DNA of 63,480 nt, the filler included, from Octopus bimaculoides (taxonomy: Eukaryota): the NCBI RefSeq assembly GCF_001194135.2. It is 5 parts of 5 records of this genome, joined end to end, with 100 filler letters (N's around TTAATTAATTAA, not from the genome) between each part and the next. Parts side by side here need not be neighbours in the genome. Positions count along the whole stretch, not along the records: positions 35,324 to 57,611 come from NC_068992.1; 4 more parts are not named here. The stretch is one strand, 5' to 3'. A program made the translations under genes and the position numbers. Under the pieces are notes generated by a model that was not told the DNA's origin, ran no database searches, and was given only the letters and a program-made list of their open reading frames with translations. Below are positions 37,980 to 52,705 of the stretch, in pieces; the first letter of the stretch is position 1, and each line of letters opens with the position of its first letter.

Positions 37980-38459
37980 AAGCAAAAGTGTGACGGGAAC
38001 CTCGAGGTTTTGGCTTCCTCACCGTTATCTCTTTTAAGTGACTGTTTGGTCTAGAGGTTTCTACCCTTGGTGAGGTCCTGTGCGAATGGACCTTCCTCAG
38101 CATTCTCTACACGACCATATCTTCTCCTGCCGCTGTTGAGAAGATTGCTGGAACTTCAGCTACCATGACTAGACTTGCGGTGATTACTGGAGTGATTTTC
38201 CCGTGGCTTTCTCCAAGCAGGTCGGATTTGAAATCACAATGCAAAGAGCGGAAAAATATTCACTAAAGCGCTCCTGCCGATGCGCCAATGATTCTACAAT
38301 TCTGTTTCCTGCAGACTATATGTGTAATATTGGTTGATTCCATTTTCTGAAGCCCCTATTTTTTCCGGATTGTTACTTAGGCATTTACTTAGAAAACCAA
38401 GATCACCAATTATTATTGATATAAATGTAAATTTGCAATCAAGATATAGAATCTGGAGG

Positions 38460-38715
38460 TATGTATGCATTTATATATGTATGTTTCTATGTATGTATGT
38501 TAGTAAGTATGTATGTATGTATGTATGTATGTACGTATGTATGTATGTATGTATGTATGTATGTTTGTATGTATGTATGTTCGTAAGTATGTATGTGTGT
38601 ATGTATTTATGTTCGTATGTATGTATGTATGTATCTTTGTATCTTTGTATGTTTTTATATATGTGTGTGTTTGTATGTATGTATATATGTCGGTATGTTT
38701 GTATGTATGTGTGTA
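38460..38715. repeat. (ATGT)n degenerate tetranucleotide array
   Basis: Direct reading. Confidence 0.9.
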
Positions 38716-39973
38716 AGTAGTCTGCTTGTTGAACTGTGTTTTGCTAAGTATTTCAATTTTCCTATAATGAGGAAGTTATCTTCTACCAGAGAATCGAACT
38801 TCTCTAGCTTGAATATAGACACCCACAACGGCGGTGAATGGCAGCGTATATTTCAGAAATGAATATCTAAAGATATGTGAGAAGTGAGATAGCGCTGCCG
38901 GCCATTTTGGATAGTTTTATAAGAAATAAAAAGTCCGTTTCCGTGAATGAATTTAGACAATATACCTCCACACTTTACATCATATTGCTGTTATAAAAGT
39001 GTATTTTTTTATTGTTTCATTTCACGTACCATTACACTCGTTTGTTAGTGCTCTCAGAAATACAGATCACTATAAATATATACACAAACACCTAGACTTA
39101 GATAAAGTATATATATGCCTGTGCACGTAGAAGTATTTATATTCATAAAAAGTTATACATCTGTATATATCTTTATATATATATATATATATNNNNNNNN
39201 NNNNNNNNNNNNNNNNNNNNNNNNNNNNNNNNNNNNNNNNNNNNNNNNNNNNNNNNNNNNNNNNNNNNNNNNNNNNNNNNNNNNNNNNNNNNNNNNNNNN
39301 NNNNNNNNNNNNNNNNNNNNNNNNNNNNNNNNNNNNNNNNNNNNNNNNNNNNNNNNNNNNNNNNNNNNNNNNNNNNNNNNNNNNNNNNNNNNNNNNNNNN
39401 NNNNNNNNNNNNNNNNNNNNNNNNNNNNNNNNNNNNNNNNNNNNNNNNNNNNNNNNNNNNNNNNNNNNNNNNNNNNNNNNNNNNNNNNNNNNNNNNNNNN
39501 NNNNNNNNNNNNNNNNNNNNNNNNNNNNNNNNNNNNNNNNNNNNNNNNNNNNNNNNNNNNNNNNNNNNNNNNNNNNNNNNNNNNNNNNNNNNNNNNNNNN
39601 NNNNNNNNNNNNNNNNNNNNNNNNNNNNNNNNNNNNNNTATATATATACATATACATACTTGGAAAGGGATGCGTGGCGTTCGATCATATAAAATAATAT
39701 ATAAATATATGTATATATCCATATACATATATGTATGTATGTATGTATGAATGTATGTATGTATGCCTGTATGTATGTATGTATGCATACATGTATATAT
39801 GTGTGTGTGTATGTATATATATATATATGTTTTTGTATGTGGTTTCGTATGCATGTACACACGCTTTTACTCATCATTAAGCCGAACAATTGATGCGTTT
39901 TATGCATAAAACAATTTGTGTACATATAAATTTAAAGATGTACACTTGTATATACATACACTCTGTTGTCTAT

Positions 39974-40009
<36 letters not shown>

Positions 40010-40104
40010 ACACGTACTTATGCCTCCACGTCCACGCCCCAGTGAACTGGATCACTGCTGACTCTAAAAATCATTCCGATATTCACCCATGTTTACCCTA
40101 GCAT

Positions 40105-40109
40105 CACAC

Positions 40110-40207
<98 letters not shown>

Positions 40208-40930
40208 TACTCTCTCCGTTTACTCTCAACTCTCTTACATACTGATTCCTCTCCTCCTCCTCCTCTTTTTACAACCATTATTTATGTTTATATACGCCTA
40301 TATATATATTTCATTGTCTCTTTTATCATATTTTCCCGCTCTGTTCTCTCTCTCTCTCTCCCTCACTTTCCCTCTCTATCTATCTATCTTTTTTACACTC
40401 AGTTTCTCTCTCTTATTCTTTTCATCTCTCACGCTTTTCATCATTCTCTTACTCTTTTCTTCTCTCTCTCACACACAGATTTCATCTCTCTCTCGTCCTC
40501 TCCAGCTCTCTTTTTCAATCCCAACAGTTTCCACGATCCCACCAAAACCACCACCACCACCACCGTCTTCACTCTCATATTTTTATCTTTCTCTCGCTGA
40601 AACTCCCTTTCATTTTCCCTTTCTCATTCTCACATCTCTTATCTCTTTGCATCTATCATTCGTATTCTGTTTCTCTCTTTCTCTATCCCTCTTTCTATCT
40701 ATCTATCTATCCGACGCCGACACACCTCGTCACACACAGCTTCTCGATGTCTCCCCTATCTCCCTTCTCATCAATATCATTCCCACCTAGACCCAAATTC
40801 ATCGTCATACTTCCTCCCCTTCATGTTTCCGCCTCTTCCACATACTCCCCCTTCCCCCCCAAACACATTCTTTTCTGTCCCTTTCTATCTACCTTTTCTC
40901 TTTATCTCGTTTTATCTTCTCTTCATTAGA
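40105..40930. repeat. (CT)n followed by a long pyrimidine-rich low-complexity tract
   Basis: Direct reading. This explains the ORF at 40089..40790. Confidence 0.85.
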
Positions 40931-40966
40931 GTCACCAGTACTTTTACATCGAATAGGCAGAAATAG

Positions 40967-41090
40967 ACGCAGGCGTGGCTGTGTGGTAAGAAGCTTGCTT
41001 CTCTACAACGTGATTCCGAGTTCAGTCGGGGTGACCAAAGGCTTGTCACTGGATTTTGTAGGCGGAACCTGAAAGAAGCCCATTGTATAC
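40967..41090 (+). mobile_element. SINE family B 5' half, internally deleted
   Basis: GCAGGCGTGGCTGTGTGGTAAGAAGCTTGCTT...GACCAAAGGCTTG...GAAAGAAGCCC. Confidence 0.75.
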
Positions 41091-41169
41091 ACCTGTGTGT
41101 GTGTGTGTGTGTGTATGTGTGTGTATTCTTTTAGCTTTTTAGAGACCACAATGGCAATAAGATAATTCA

Positions 41170-41430
41170 AGAACGGATCAGAGTGAACGATGTGATCGCA
41201 TGATCGCAGAGTTTCGAAAACACAAATTTGTCTTGGCCGGACATATCGTAAGGGTCACAGACGATATTTGGACCCGAACTGGTGCTGTGCGCGGAAAGGG
41301 CCACATTGAAGGCTTCCACGTCAATGGGAAGATGGTTCGGTCATTTTGCTCAAGTAATTAGGATCAAAATTGATAAGATTGGCGCAAACAAGCCAGAATT
41401 GGAAGCGCATTGTGACCAGCGGTGTGTAAC
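41170..41430 (+). mobile_element. RTE-type LINE 3' fragment, degraded
   Basis: Frames give ERIRVNDV and KHKFVLAGHIVRVTDDIWTRT and QWEDG. These match the RTE pattern R.RT.V.DI...K.KW.WAGH..R..D.RWT...RW.D. Confidence 0.55.
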
Positions 41431-42817
41431 AGCATCTATTCACTTGGCCTATACATTGATACTGTAATTTGCACGTGCGCAGACATGCACAGAACACATA
41501 TAACCAGCAACTCCTGCTTTGATGATTAATTATATTACAATAATATTTGTTCGGCTTCAAACTCCACATGTGTGTTTGTGTGTGTTTTTGTGTGCATGTG
41601 TGTGTGTGAGTGTATGTGTGTGTGTGCGTATCTGTGTGTGTATGTGTGTGTGCGGGTGTACACTGCTTCAAGCCAAACATATGTACTTATTAATCATCAT
41701 AGCAGGAGTTCACAGTAATTATTTGTCTCATAACAATGCACACCACAATATTCAAACGCTTTTGTTCGATCTTTAGATATGAAAACACATGTTAACAGAT
41801 GTGTATGATATAAAAAAAAAAAAAGAGAGAATTGTGCTTTTTGGATGACTATATGAAATAGTAAACATTTTAGTTTCGAAATAATATATTGTAAATATTA
41901 AATCTTATTTCAGATAAATCTCTAGTTACCATCTACGGTTAATTTATACCATCGTTGCAAAAAAAAAAAAATAGAATAGAAAAAAAACCAGAATGTGTAT
42001 CAAACCTTTCGCAAAGACACAGATAGATGAAAATTAAAAATGATTTTTCATCAGTTTATTTGAGATTAAAGTTGAAAAAGCTGTATATCTTTTAAGATTA
42101 TGTCGTTAGGAGTTAATGAAATATGACAATTTTCGAAGGAGTTTATGCAAAGTAGGAGCATGTAAAGAAATTCTTCATGACATCGAGAAAGGGACTACGA
42201 TGTCTAAACTTCAAAGAAAATTAGGAAAGCTGTTTAAATTATAAGTATTGAACGAGAGAGAGAGAGAGAAGAAAGAGAAAGATTTCGGAATGCGTAGACG
42301 AAAACCATATCACTGAAGAACGAGTTCAGAGTAACCCCGTATGGAATGTTAGAGAAACAATCAGAAGATATTGCGTCACGTAAATTTCTTCAATGACAAG
42401 TCAAGTCAAAGCTTGCGTGAAGTTTTATCGTAATGAAGTCAAGATTAACGATTAAAATACAAGTAAAGCCTACTTGAGGACACCTGAAGCGTTTTAATGT
42501 TTGTATGACACAAAAATAAACGTCTAAATATGAAGAAATATATTGTCATGCTTTTTGCAGAGAACATGTCCGACATCATTCTCATAACTTAGAATACACC
42601 AATATTTATGATTTATCAGAAATTGATGGATTCATATTGAGTGTTAACTTTAATTAGGGATGTATATGGTATTGATGTTTATTTTAAAAGAGATGTCATT
42701 GGCTGCCTTTGTGAAGTATTGTCTCTCTCTCTGAATTGCACAGAAGTGAGGTTCGCTGGCAGCAGCTTAATATGTCATCGTTTTGTTGATTTGAAACATT
42801 GAGCCAGAGATTCATTA

Positions 42818-42828
42818 CAAGATGGCGG
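42818..42828 (+). promoter_or_regulatory. YY1-type motif CAAGATGGCGG
   Basis: Exact match to the YY1/Pho core in repeat-poor, CpG-retaining sequence. Function is unproven. Confidence 0.3.
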
Positions 42829-43475
42829 TATCTGGGGAAATATAAAAAGAAAAAAATAACAAACAAAACAAATCTCTGTCGTGATTTCTAGATTACTACA
42901 TAACGCTATTAATTATACTATTAAACGGAGGGATTAACTTTTGTTGATATGCGACAACTTAAAATACAAGAAAATGTATTGGATCAATAAATTTGCAATG
43001 GCAAACCATTATCCTAATGATTGATTGATTATTAGAGTCAGTATTAGGATCCAGTTGAAAGTCACATAAAATATGCATGCAAATGTAAAGCACAATGTGT
43101 AAAGATTTGCTTTGGGTTATTTGCCTTGTAAAATATATATTTTTACATACATTTTTACACGCATTTTTATCATGAATTCTGATAAGAGAAAATTTAATAA
43201 CAAAACAAGCAGGCGTGTATCTAAAATTGAGCAGAATCATTTAATTCCAATTCTGTTTTTTTTTTTTAATCATAATGTTCGTAAAAGCTGTCCAACGTGT
43301 TTTGTGGGAGAATTAATCTCGGATCGATCAAATAATACATATTGTATAGTTTAAAATCCTGTGGAAACATCGGGAAGTATAGAAAGAAAAACAAACACGG
43401 CACGCTGCAAACTGGTGCACTCTTTCAAACATATACAATTCGGTTGATAATAAAGCGTATATTTAAAATCACAGC

Positions 43476-43487
43476 TGCGCATGCGCA
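43476..43487. promoter_or_regulatory. NRF1/Ewg-type palindrome TGCGCATGCGCA
   Basis: Perfect 12-bp consensus site. Function is unproven. Confidence 0.35.
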
Positions 43488-43597
43488 CATGGGTTGATGC
43501 AGAATATAGATTAAATGGTGGGCATACGTTTTCTCGAGTCTCAAATGGAATAAATTGTGGGTGGTCAACAAGCTAACACGTCTGCTAACACATACAT

Positions 43598-43662
<65 letters not shown>

Positions 43663-43956
43663 CACACACACACACACACGCAGAACTAAATATATACGTT
43701 ATATAATTTCATATTTTCCTACTTCTAGTCATTGGATTGGGTTCATGCCGGGTAACTTCCTTTCCTGGAAGAATCAATTATATCGACTCCACCGAGTTGC
43801 TTTATCCTTTTGAACTTATCATCATCAGCCTCATCATCATCATCCATTTCATCATATTCATAGTTGTCGTCCTTGTCGCTTTGATCGCCATCGTCACCGC
43901 AGTTGTAGCCCTTCCTCCTCCTCCTCATCATCCTATTCATCATATTTATAGTCGTC

Positions 43957-43990
<34 letters not shown>

Positions 43991-44301
43991 GTGTGTGTGT
44001 GTGAGGCTATAATTATTTCAAAATGGTATCTTTAGTGATACACTTTACAGACGGTGAACCAGAACTGGAACATGGATACTTCAAAAAGTGATGGAATTTA
44101 CTCTTGCAATTCTTCAGTCCCAAATCACACATGACGGTGGTTCCTAACCCCGCATTTTTGCGTTTTTGGTTTTTCTAGAATTACATTTGCATTTCATTTT
44201 CTCTAACAAAGCCGTTGTTTAAGACAGACATACAGACAGACAGACAGAAAGGCAATTATATCTCGCATTACTTAACAGAGTATGTTCATAAAGCGGCAGA
44301 T

Positions 44302-44642
<341 letters not shown>

Positions 44643-44848
44643 GTTAATTTTTCCGTTTTTAGTATTTTTCTAAGTTGAAGAATTCCAGAATGGTTGTGTT
44701 ACTAAAGAGAACATTATCATCTCAAATGATTCAATTTAACTTCAGTTCTTATCGAAGAATCATTTTATTGAGAAAGAATGAGAAATTCTCATCAATCACA
44801 CACATAAACACACACACTCAAATATCTATATACACACATTGGTATATT

Positions 44849-44895
<47 letters not shown>

Positions 44896-44915
44896 NNNNN
44901 NNNNNNNNNNNNNNN

Positions 44916-44959
<44 letters not shown>

Positions 44960-45109
44960 TGTGTATGTATGTGTAGGTGTGTGCGTGTGTATTTCTCTTT
45001 CATTTGAGTTCAACAGGAAAATGAAACTGGCTGTTTCTGTCTCTTTCCCTCTCTTTGTCTTTCTCTCTCTCTCTCTTTCTCTTTCCTTTTATCTACTTAT
45101 CTCTCTTAC

Positions 45110-45148
<39 letters not shown>

Positions 45149-48100
45149 CCCTTTCTGTGAGAGTGGACATTCTCCCCTACCTCCTCTCCCTCCTCCCCAT
45201 CCACTTCCACAAAACCAACACCGCCAACTATTACTGCATTAGCAACATCTACAACAGCAGTAATAATAGCAACAACAATAACATCCAGAATATCGCCACC
45301 GCCGCCGCCACCACCACCACCACCACCACCACTACGCACAGCAACAACGATAACAAGAAGAATAACGTCCACNNNNNNNNNNNNNNNNNNNNNNNNNNNN
45401 NNNNNNNNNNNNNNNNNNNNNNNNNNNNNNNNNNNNNNNNNNNNNNNNNNNNNNNNNNNNNNNNNNNNNNNNNNNNNNNNNNNNNNNNNNNNNNNNNNNN
45501 NNNNNNNNNNNNNNNNNNNNNNNNNNNNNNNNNNNNNNNNNNNNNNNNNNNNNNNNNNNNNNNNNNNNNNNNNNNNNNNNNNNNNNNNNNNNNNNNNNNN
45601 NNNNNNNNNNNNNNNNNNNNNNNNNNNNNNNNNNNNNNNNNNNNNNNNNNNNNNNNNNNNNNNNNNNNNNNNNNNNNNNNNNNNNNNNNNNNNNNNNNNN
45701 NNNNNNNNNNNNNNNNNNNNNNNNNNNNNNNNNNNNNNNNNNNNNNNNNNNNNNNNNNNNNNNNNNNNNNNNNNNNNNNNNNNNNNNNNNNNNNNNNNNN
45801 NNNNNNNNNNNNNNNNNNNNNNNNNNNNNNNNNNNNNNNNNNNNNNNNNNNNNNNNNNNNNNNNNNNNNNNNNNNNNNNNNNNNNNNNNNNNNNNNNNNN
45901 NNNNNNNNNNNNNNNNNNNNNNNNNNTATATATATATATATATATATATATATGCATAAATAAATGCATCCTTACATGTGTCAGCGTGTATACTCGTAGA
46001 TATGAACGCACATCTACACAAACATAGACTCACTTCACATACATACTCATCCATATATACACGAACACACAGGTACATCAACAACAACATCAACAACAAT
46101 CACCAAACCCAACCATTTTTTCCTTCCGTATTCCTTCTTCAGTTCCCAAAGTACTCCAAAGATTTGCTTCCAATAAATTTCTCCAGATTAGAAACAAATA
46201 AATCAAGTAATAAAAGGAAAACACATTAAAATAATAACAAAATAACTATTCAATGATTCGTTTTTTTCTTTTAGATTGGGTTGTTTATTATTGTTGTTAG
46301 TGTTGGTGTTGTTTTTGATGTAATTGCTGTAATTCTTATGTTGTTCGTAACCATTGTTTATGCTTTAATTTGTTTCGTTTTCGGTTTCGATCTGTTTATT
46401 ATTAGCATCATCATCCTCATCATCATCGTCGTCGTCGTCGTCGTCGTCGTCGTGGGCGTCTAGCATCTACATGATGTTGTTGGTCTTGTTGTTGTTGTGG
46501 CTCTTACTTTACTGTTTCCTTGGTTGTTTATTGAGTTACTTCAACATTTTACATCGTGTTTTCGATTTAACCTCCCGATTCGTTTTTCTCTTTCTTCTCC
46601 TCCTTCATAATCATCATTCAGCATCATCACTATCCTTTTGCTCCGGCACCTGCCCGCCTCCTCTTCCACTTCCCTGCCTCCTCCTCCTCCTCCTCCTCCT
46701 CCTCCTNNNNNNNNNNNNNNNNNNNNNNNNNNNNNNNNNNNNNNNNNNNNNNNNNNNNNNNNNNNNNNNNNNNNNNNNNNNNNNNNNNNNNNNNNNNNNN
46801 NNNNNNNNNNNNNNNNNNNNNNNNNNNNNNNNNNNNNNNNNNNNNNNNNNNNNNNNNNNNNNNNNNNNNNNNNNNNNNNNNNNNNNNNNNNNNNNNNNNN
46901 NNNNNNNNNNNNNNNNNNNNNNNNNNNNNNNNNNNNNNNNNNNNNNNNNNNNNNNNNNNNNNNNNNNNNNNNNNNNNNNNNNNNNNNNNNNNNNNNNNNN
47001 NNNNNNNNNNNNNNNNNNNNNNNNNNNNNNNNNNNNNNNNNNNNNNNNNNNNNNNNNNNNNNNNNNNNNNNNNNNNNNNNNNNNNNNNNNNNNNNNNNNN
47101 NNNNNNNNNNNNNNNNNNNNNNNNNNNNNNNNNNNNNNNNNNNNNNNNNNNNNNNNNNNNNNNNNNNNNNNNNNNNNNNNNNNNNNNNNNNNNNNNNNNN
47201 NNNNNNNNNNNNNNNNNNNNNNNNNNNNNNNNNNNNNNNNNNNNNNNNNNNNNNNNNNNNNNNNNNNNNNNNNNNNNNNNNNNNNNNNNNNNNNNNNNNN
47301 NNNNNNNNNNNNNNNNNNNNNNNNNNNNNNNNNNNNNNNNNNNNNNNNNNNNNNNNNNNNNNNNNNNNNNNNNNNNNNNNNNNNNNNNNNNNNNNNNNNN
47401 NNNNNNNNNNNNNNNNNNNNNNNNNNNNNNNNNNNNNNNNNNNNNNNNNNNNNNNNNNNNNNNNNNNNNNNNNNNNNNNNNNNNNNNNNNNNNNNNNNNN
47501 NNNNNNNNNNNNNNNNNNNNNNNNNNNNNNNNNNNNNNNNNNNNNNNNNNNTATATATATATATATATATATATTTATGTATATATATATGCGACGGGTC
47601 ACTGAAGAGACCAGAAGTCCCTGGCTTGTAAGTGTATCGCGAAAGGCCTGATGAAAGACTCAAGCTTCTGAGTTCTTTTTAGTGGACTTAGAAAAGTTGA
47701 AGGACCGCTGCAACTGGTGTGATGTTGTAAATGAATAAAATCATATTTAACTGATTCTCTTGTATCTTATTTTAGCCAAAGCCAGGAACCTTTCAACACT
47801 CCCTTGTATAGAGTATAAATGTATTTATGCATATATGTACATACATGATTGTATTTAGAAATACATTGTCACTGGCACACGAATAAACGCACATATGTGC
47901 ACACAAACAGAAACACACACACACGCACACATACACACACACACACACACACACGTCAACACATATGTGTGTCTAAACGTGTCTCTATTCATAGATGTGC
48001 ACACGTCTGAACGGATTCGTGAGTCTGTGCGCGTTTCTGTTTGCGCTTTTTGTACGTTCATGTGTGTGAGTTTATATGTATTTATGTGTGTGTAGATTTG

Positions 48101-49155
48101 TGTGTGTGTCGGTGTGTGTATGTGTGTGAAAGTTCCAATTCATGCAGAAAATGTCAAATAAGGAATACAAAAAAAGGTTCGCTTCAATGAATTAGAAAGG
48201 AAATTGAAAGAGAATTGGTAGAATATGATAACAGTCTGCAACGGCAGCGTTTGGCAAGACAGCCATGGCATTAAGTTGAATTTGTACTAATAAGGAAGGT
48301 GTGACGTTGAAATTTAATCAAAGAACAGAGGACAGCATTCGTCTACAAAAGCTTTGATCACTGCCATAAAATCGTTAATAAACATCGTTGTTCTTCAATT
48401 CACATTCCTTACGTCTATTACACACGTTTGAACACAGAATCGTGTGTCTATGTGTGTCTGCGTCTGTGTCTGTGCATGTGTGTATGCGTGTGCGTATGTG
48501 TCCGTGTGTGTGTATTGTTATGCGTGTCGTTGCATGAGTGCATGTGTTGTGTGAGGTCACTTTGAGTGCTACAAGCAACATGTAATCCAGTACAGCCTGT
48601 GGCAATGTCGAGTCGTCAGCGACCACAACGGCAGCCTCCCAGGTGAACGAAAATACCGGTTGAGTTGGGTTGCCCTGTTTCCTCGTTTAAACTCATTTAG
48701 TGCAAAGATAATGATGCTAGAAGATACAATCCCTTCGCCAATGCCAACGGTATCTTTTGCAATATGGATCGTGCGCCAAAGACCTTCTTTACGTGATTGT
48801 TGTCAGCGTGCCTTCGAGGTATCACCTGCATGTTTGTGTATGATATACCTCTGATCTACGACCTGTGTCGATTGCTGCGAGGGTAAACTGTGTATATAGC
48901 ATCGATGGTACTAAGGCACAATATTCTGCTTGTCAGAGAGGAAGTATTATCCGATGATTTTGCACTTTGGGAAGTAGAGTCATGAAAGAATTAACAACTG
49001 AAAATAAAAAGCGGATTATTCCTGAAAACAATGCGTAATTATAAGCAAACATACATGTATACGTGTCTGCCAGATTCTGCATATATAGGCTTCTTTATAT
49101 ACATGTATGTTATATACAATGCACATATATTTGTAGTGCAATATACGGATTCACA

Positions 49156-49357
49156 AAGGCGGTGAACTGGCAGAAACATTAGCACACCGGACGAAATGCC
49201 TAGCGGTATTTGTCTACCGTTACGTTCTCAGTTCAAATTCCGCCGAGGTCGACTTTGACTTCGGCGTCGATAAATTAAGTACCAGTTGCGTACTAGGGTC
49301 GATCTAATCGACTGGCACCCTCACCAAAATTTTCAGGCCTTGTGCCAAGAGTAGAAA
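49156..49357 (+). mobile_element. SINE family A
   Basis: Head, core and the TTTCAGGCCTTGTGCC tail are present. Confidence 0.85.
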
Positions 49358-50113
49358 TTGGATTCGCAGAAACCTGTGGAAATAACAGAAAGCTCCTCCA
49401 GTGGACCCTGCTATCATACTACATGGTAATCGAATACGGAAGAGTATAATGTAAAGTTCTAGGAAACATCCAATCGATGAAATTATTTCGTGAGACGTAT
49501 ATACACGATAAAATTTTCAGGAAGTATAAGAGGTGAATATATTCATTTAACCATTTGATATCAATAAGGTTACAGCCGTGTCACAGCCTTCAACGTGTAA
49601 TAATAAAATCAGTGTATAATAAACTATTTTACATAACTGCACCAATGTGCCTGCTACACATTGCGTTGTACAATTGTACATTTACAAATCCATGCAGATA
49701 TAGAAGGATAGCTCTTCAGATCACCAGAACAGCATAGTTAAACCAATGCTTCAACTCTTGAATTGAATGAAAATTATCGCATAGAGTTACAGATAATATA
49801 AACAGTGTGATTGAAATAATAAATTTCGGCAGAATTACCATGATTCGCATTTATCAAATTAATTATTTATTATGTGCTTTATTTCCCATAGGAACTTTTT
49901 AATATTTAATTAACGTCTGTTTTATTTTAATTAACGCAATTACTTACATCTCTCTCTTAATTACGTCATTGTTTTCGTTTACTGGAAACAGTTAACTTTA
50001 TAAGTAAACGACGAAATGTACTTCAGGCAATGTCGGTCGGTTTTAAAGACATATTGTTTGTCGTCAGCGTAACACGTTCTCTTAAATAAGTATTTAGCAG
50101 AAGTTTATTTATT

Positions 50114-50146
<33 letters not shown>

Positions 50147-50308
50147 NNNNNNNNNNNNNNNNNNNNNNNNNNNNNNNNNNNNNNNNNNNNNNNNNNNNNN
50201 NNNNNNNNNNNNNNNNNNNNNNNNNNNNNNNNNNNNNNNNNNNNNNNNNNNNNNNNNNNNNNNNNNNNNNNNNNNNNNNNNNNAAACTAATGAAAAGAAT
50301 CATTTACC

Positions 50309-50341
<33 letters not shown>

Positions 50342-50399
50342 TGTATATATAGAGAGATAGAAAGAGTGAAATTTTCTGAACATTTGCTTGCTTCTGTCA

Positions 50400-50560
50400 T
50401 TGAACAGTGGCCATGCTAGAGCAACACCTTGAGGAAATTTGTGTCGATTTTTTTTGTCCTGCTGCTAGCTTACGTGGACGTAAAGAAACCAAAACCGTTT
50501 GTCAAATGATTCCAGGAGACAAACACAAACACACACACAAACACACACACAGACACACAC
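50400..50560 (-). mobile_element. SINE family B 3' half, internally deleted
   Basis: GTGGCCATGCTAGAGCA...CTTACGTGGACGTAAA...ACCGTTTGTCAA...GACAAACAC. Confidence 0.65.
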
Positions 50561-51182
50561 ACATGCCATTCTTAGATTTCCTGATCTGTATAAGGGCCCT
50601 ACACTACGCAAGTATCTGACGAGTTGACGAAAAGTAAAGAAACGTAATTATTTGCTGTTCTCTGAATGTTTCTATTGATTTAATACCCATTGATTTCTCT
50701 TAACCATTTTACATATAACATCTAACGTTTTAAGCCATTAAGCATCGTGTATGCTTTATCTCCCCATTTATGTTACTTATTTGTTTTCGCTAGTTTCCAC
50801 TTCGTTCTCAGCTTTTTATCACCCATTATTCCCTCCTGATTCTGCCTTAATTTATATTCAGTGATGCAATTTCGAAACGATATTATTTCAGATACAGCAT
50901 GTAGCATTAAAAAATATATCTTTTATTGCTTCACATTCACACGCAGGCAGCATACAACCACAGGCACGAGCACAATGCCATGAATTTCTTTGCTTATTTC
51001 AATAATCTGGAAGGCTTTCTCTAATGACAGTTGGGAAAATTTCATGTAATCGAAGTCGTTTAACTTGGTGTATCGAGTAAATGAAAATACATCGTATTTG
51101 AACGAAGTATGAAGGACATTCTCCTGAAGTATTTTCTCAGTCATATTACATAATCAGAGTCTCTAAAATCTGCGCCCTTCTC

Positions 51183-51224
<42 letters not shown>

Positions 51225-52385
51225 TAAACCTTGGGAGAGGCATTATGCCGGTAATAAACACACGCACTGGTTCAGTCCTTTATTAATTTATATAGTTTTT
51301 TGTTAAATTATTTCATTGCACTCTTGCAATCTCTTCAGTAACTTGTCTCTCCACTTCCATTTATTTTGAATATATGATCTGGCTTTGTTTTGGCGTTGTT
51401 TCGAAACTGTTTGGTATGAGCATGTGAGTGTGTGCAAGCTAGTATGTGTGCACGCTCATATGTGTGCACGCACTTATGTGTTCGTGCTTATATGTAAGTA
51501 TGTGCGTCCATATGTGTGTTTGTAACAATTTCGTTTATATCAGATCAGATAGAGACTTTTTAATTAATTTATTTACGTTCATATTCCGCATCATATGTGT
51601 GAACAACACATGCAACCATGGGCAATTGTAAGGCCCTCATCTACGTGTATTTGGTGTTTAAAATTGGTTGCGTTTCAGTTATGAGGACCGACTCCTGTAT
51701 TTGTCGCAACGATGCATCACCGGGGTGTCTAGACAGGATTTCTATGCTAATTCTGTCCAGTACACCACCACGTATGTATAAAAAATAATACAAAAAATGG
51801 GACAAGAACGCAAAACATCCAGACAATTTAATGATACAAAAATAAAAAACGGACAAGATAAAACAACGACGGGTCATTCGGAGTTTTCTTTCGTCAGTCG
51901 AGTCCATATTGGATTTGCAGTTCTCGTCCTGTTTTTTTCTTTGTATTCTTTTTTACTATACATAGCGGCGTAGGTACACTTTGGTTTGTTGTATATATAT
52001 ATATATGTATATCATACGGTGTCTCCTTTTCTGTATATATATATATGTGAGAGTGAGTGTGTCGTATTACATAGTGTTATATTATGTATTAGAAACTTTT
52101 ATGTGAATAAATAATTAGTTAAGAGAACTAATTTAATCAGTCTAATGGTATTTCACAATCTGTCAGTCGATATCACCATCTTTTGTGCATTCAAAATATA
52201 ACGTAATACAAACGCTGTGTCAGACTGTTGCAAATTAAATATAAATGATTATATAAACTGGTAGTTGGCCATGATACTACTGAAGTATTAATGCTGCTGC
52301 TGATGATGATGTTGATGATGGTCACGATGATGGTGATGAGGAGGATGATGACGACGACGACGATGACAATGATGATGATGATGAT

Positions 52386-52596
52386 TTCAAGTTTTGGCAC
52401 AAGGACAGCAAGTTCAAGGGATGGGGTCAGTTGATTATATCGACGACACTGCTTAACTGGTACTTATTTTATCGGCCCTGGAAGAATGAGATGCAAAGTT
52501 GACCTCGGTGGAATTTGAACTTAGACCGTAAAGACGGACGAAATGCCGCTAAGCAATTTGTCCAGCGTGTTAACGATTCTGCTAGCTCGCTGCCTT
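52386..52596 (-). mobile_element. SINE family A between (GAT)n arrays
   Basis: GGCACAAGG...TGGTACTTATTTTATCGG...GACCTCGGTGGAATTTGAACT...GCTAGCTCGCTGCCTT. Confidence 0.85.
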
Positions 52597-52614
52597 AACA
52601 ATGATAATAATACT

Positions 52615-52623
52615 AATGATGAC

Positions 52624-52691
<68 letters not shown>

Positions 52692-52705
52692 CGATGATGA
52701 TGATT
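52615..52705. repeat. (GAT)n microsatellite
   Basis: Direct reading. Confidence 0.95.

Noticed and set aside
47590-47700. Hammerhead ribozyme / Penelope-like terminus (CTGAAGA, CTGATGA, GAAA)
   Set aside because: The core motifs are not joined by correctly placed stems; GAAA does not follow stem II.
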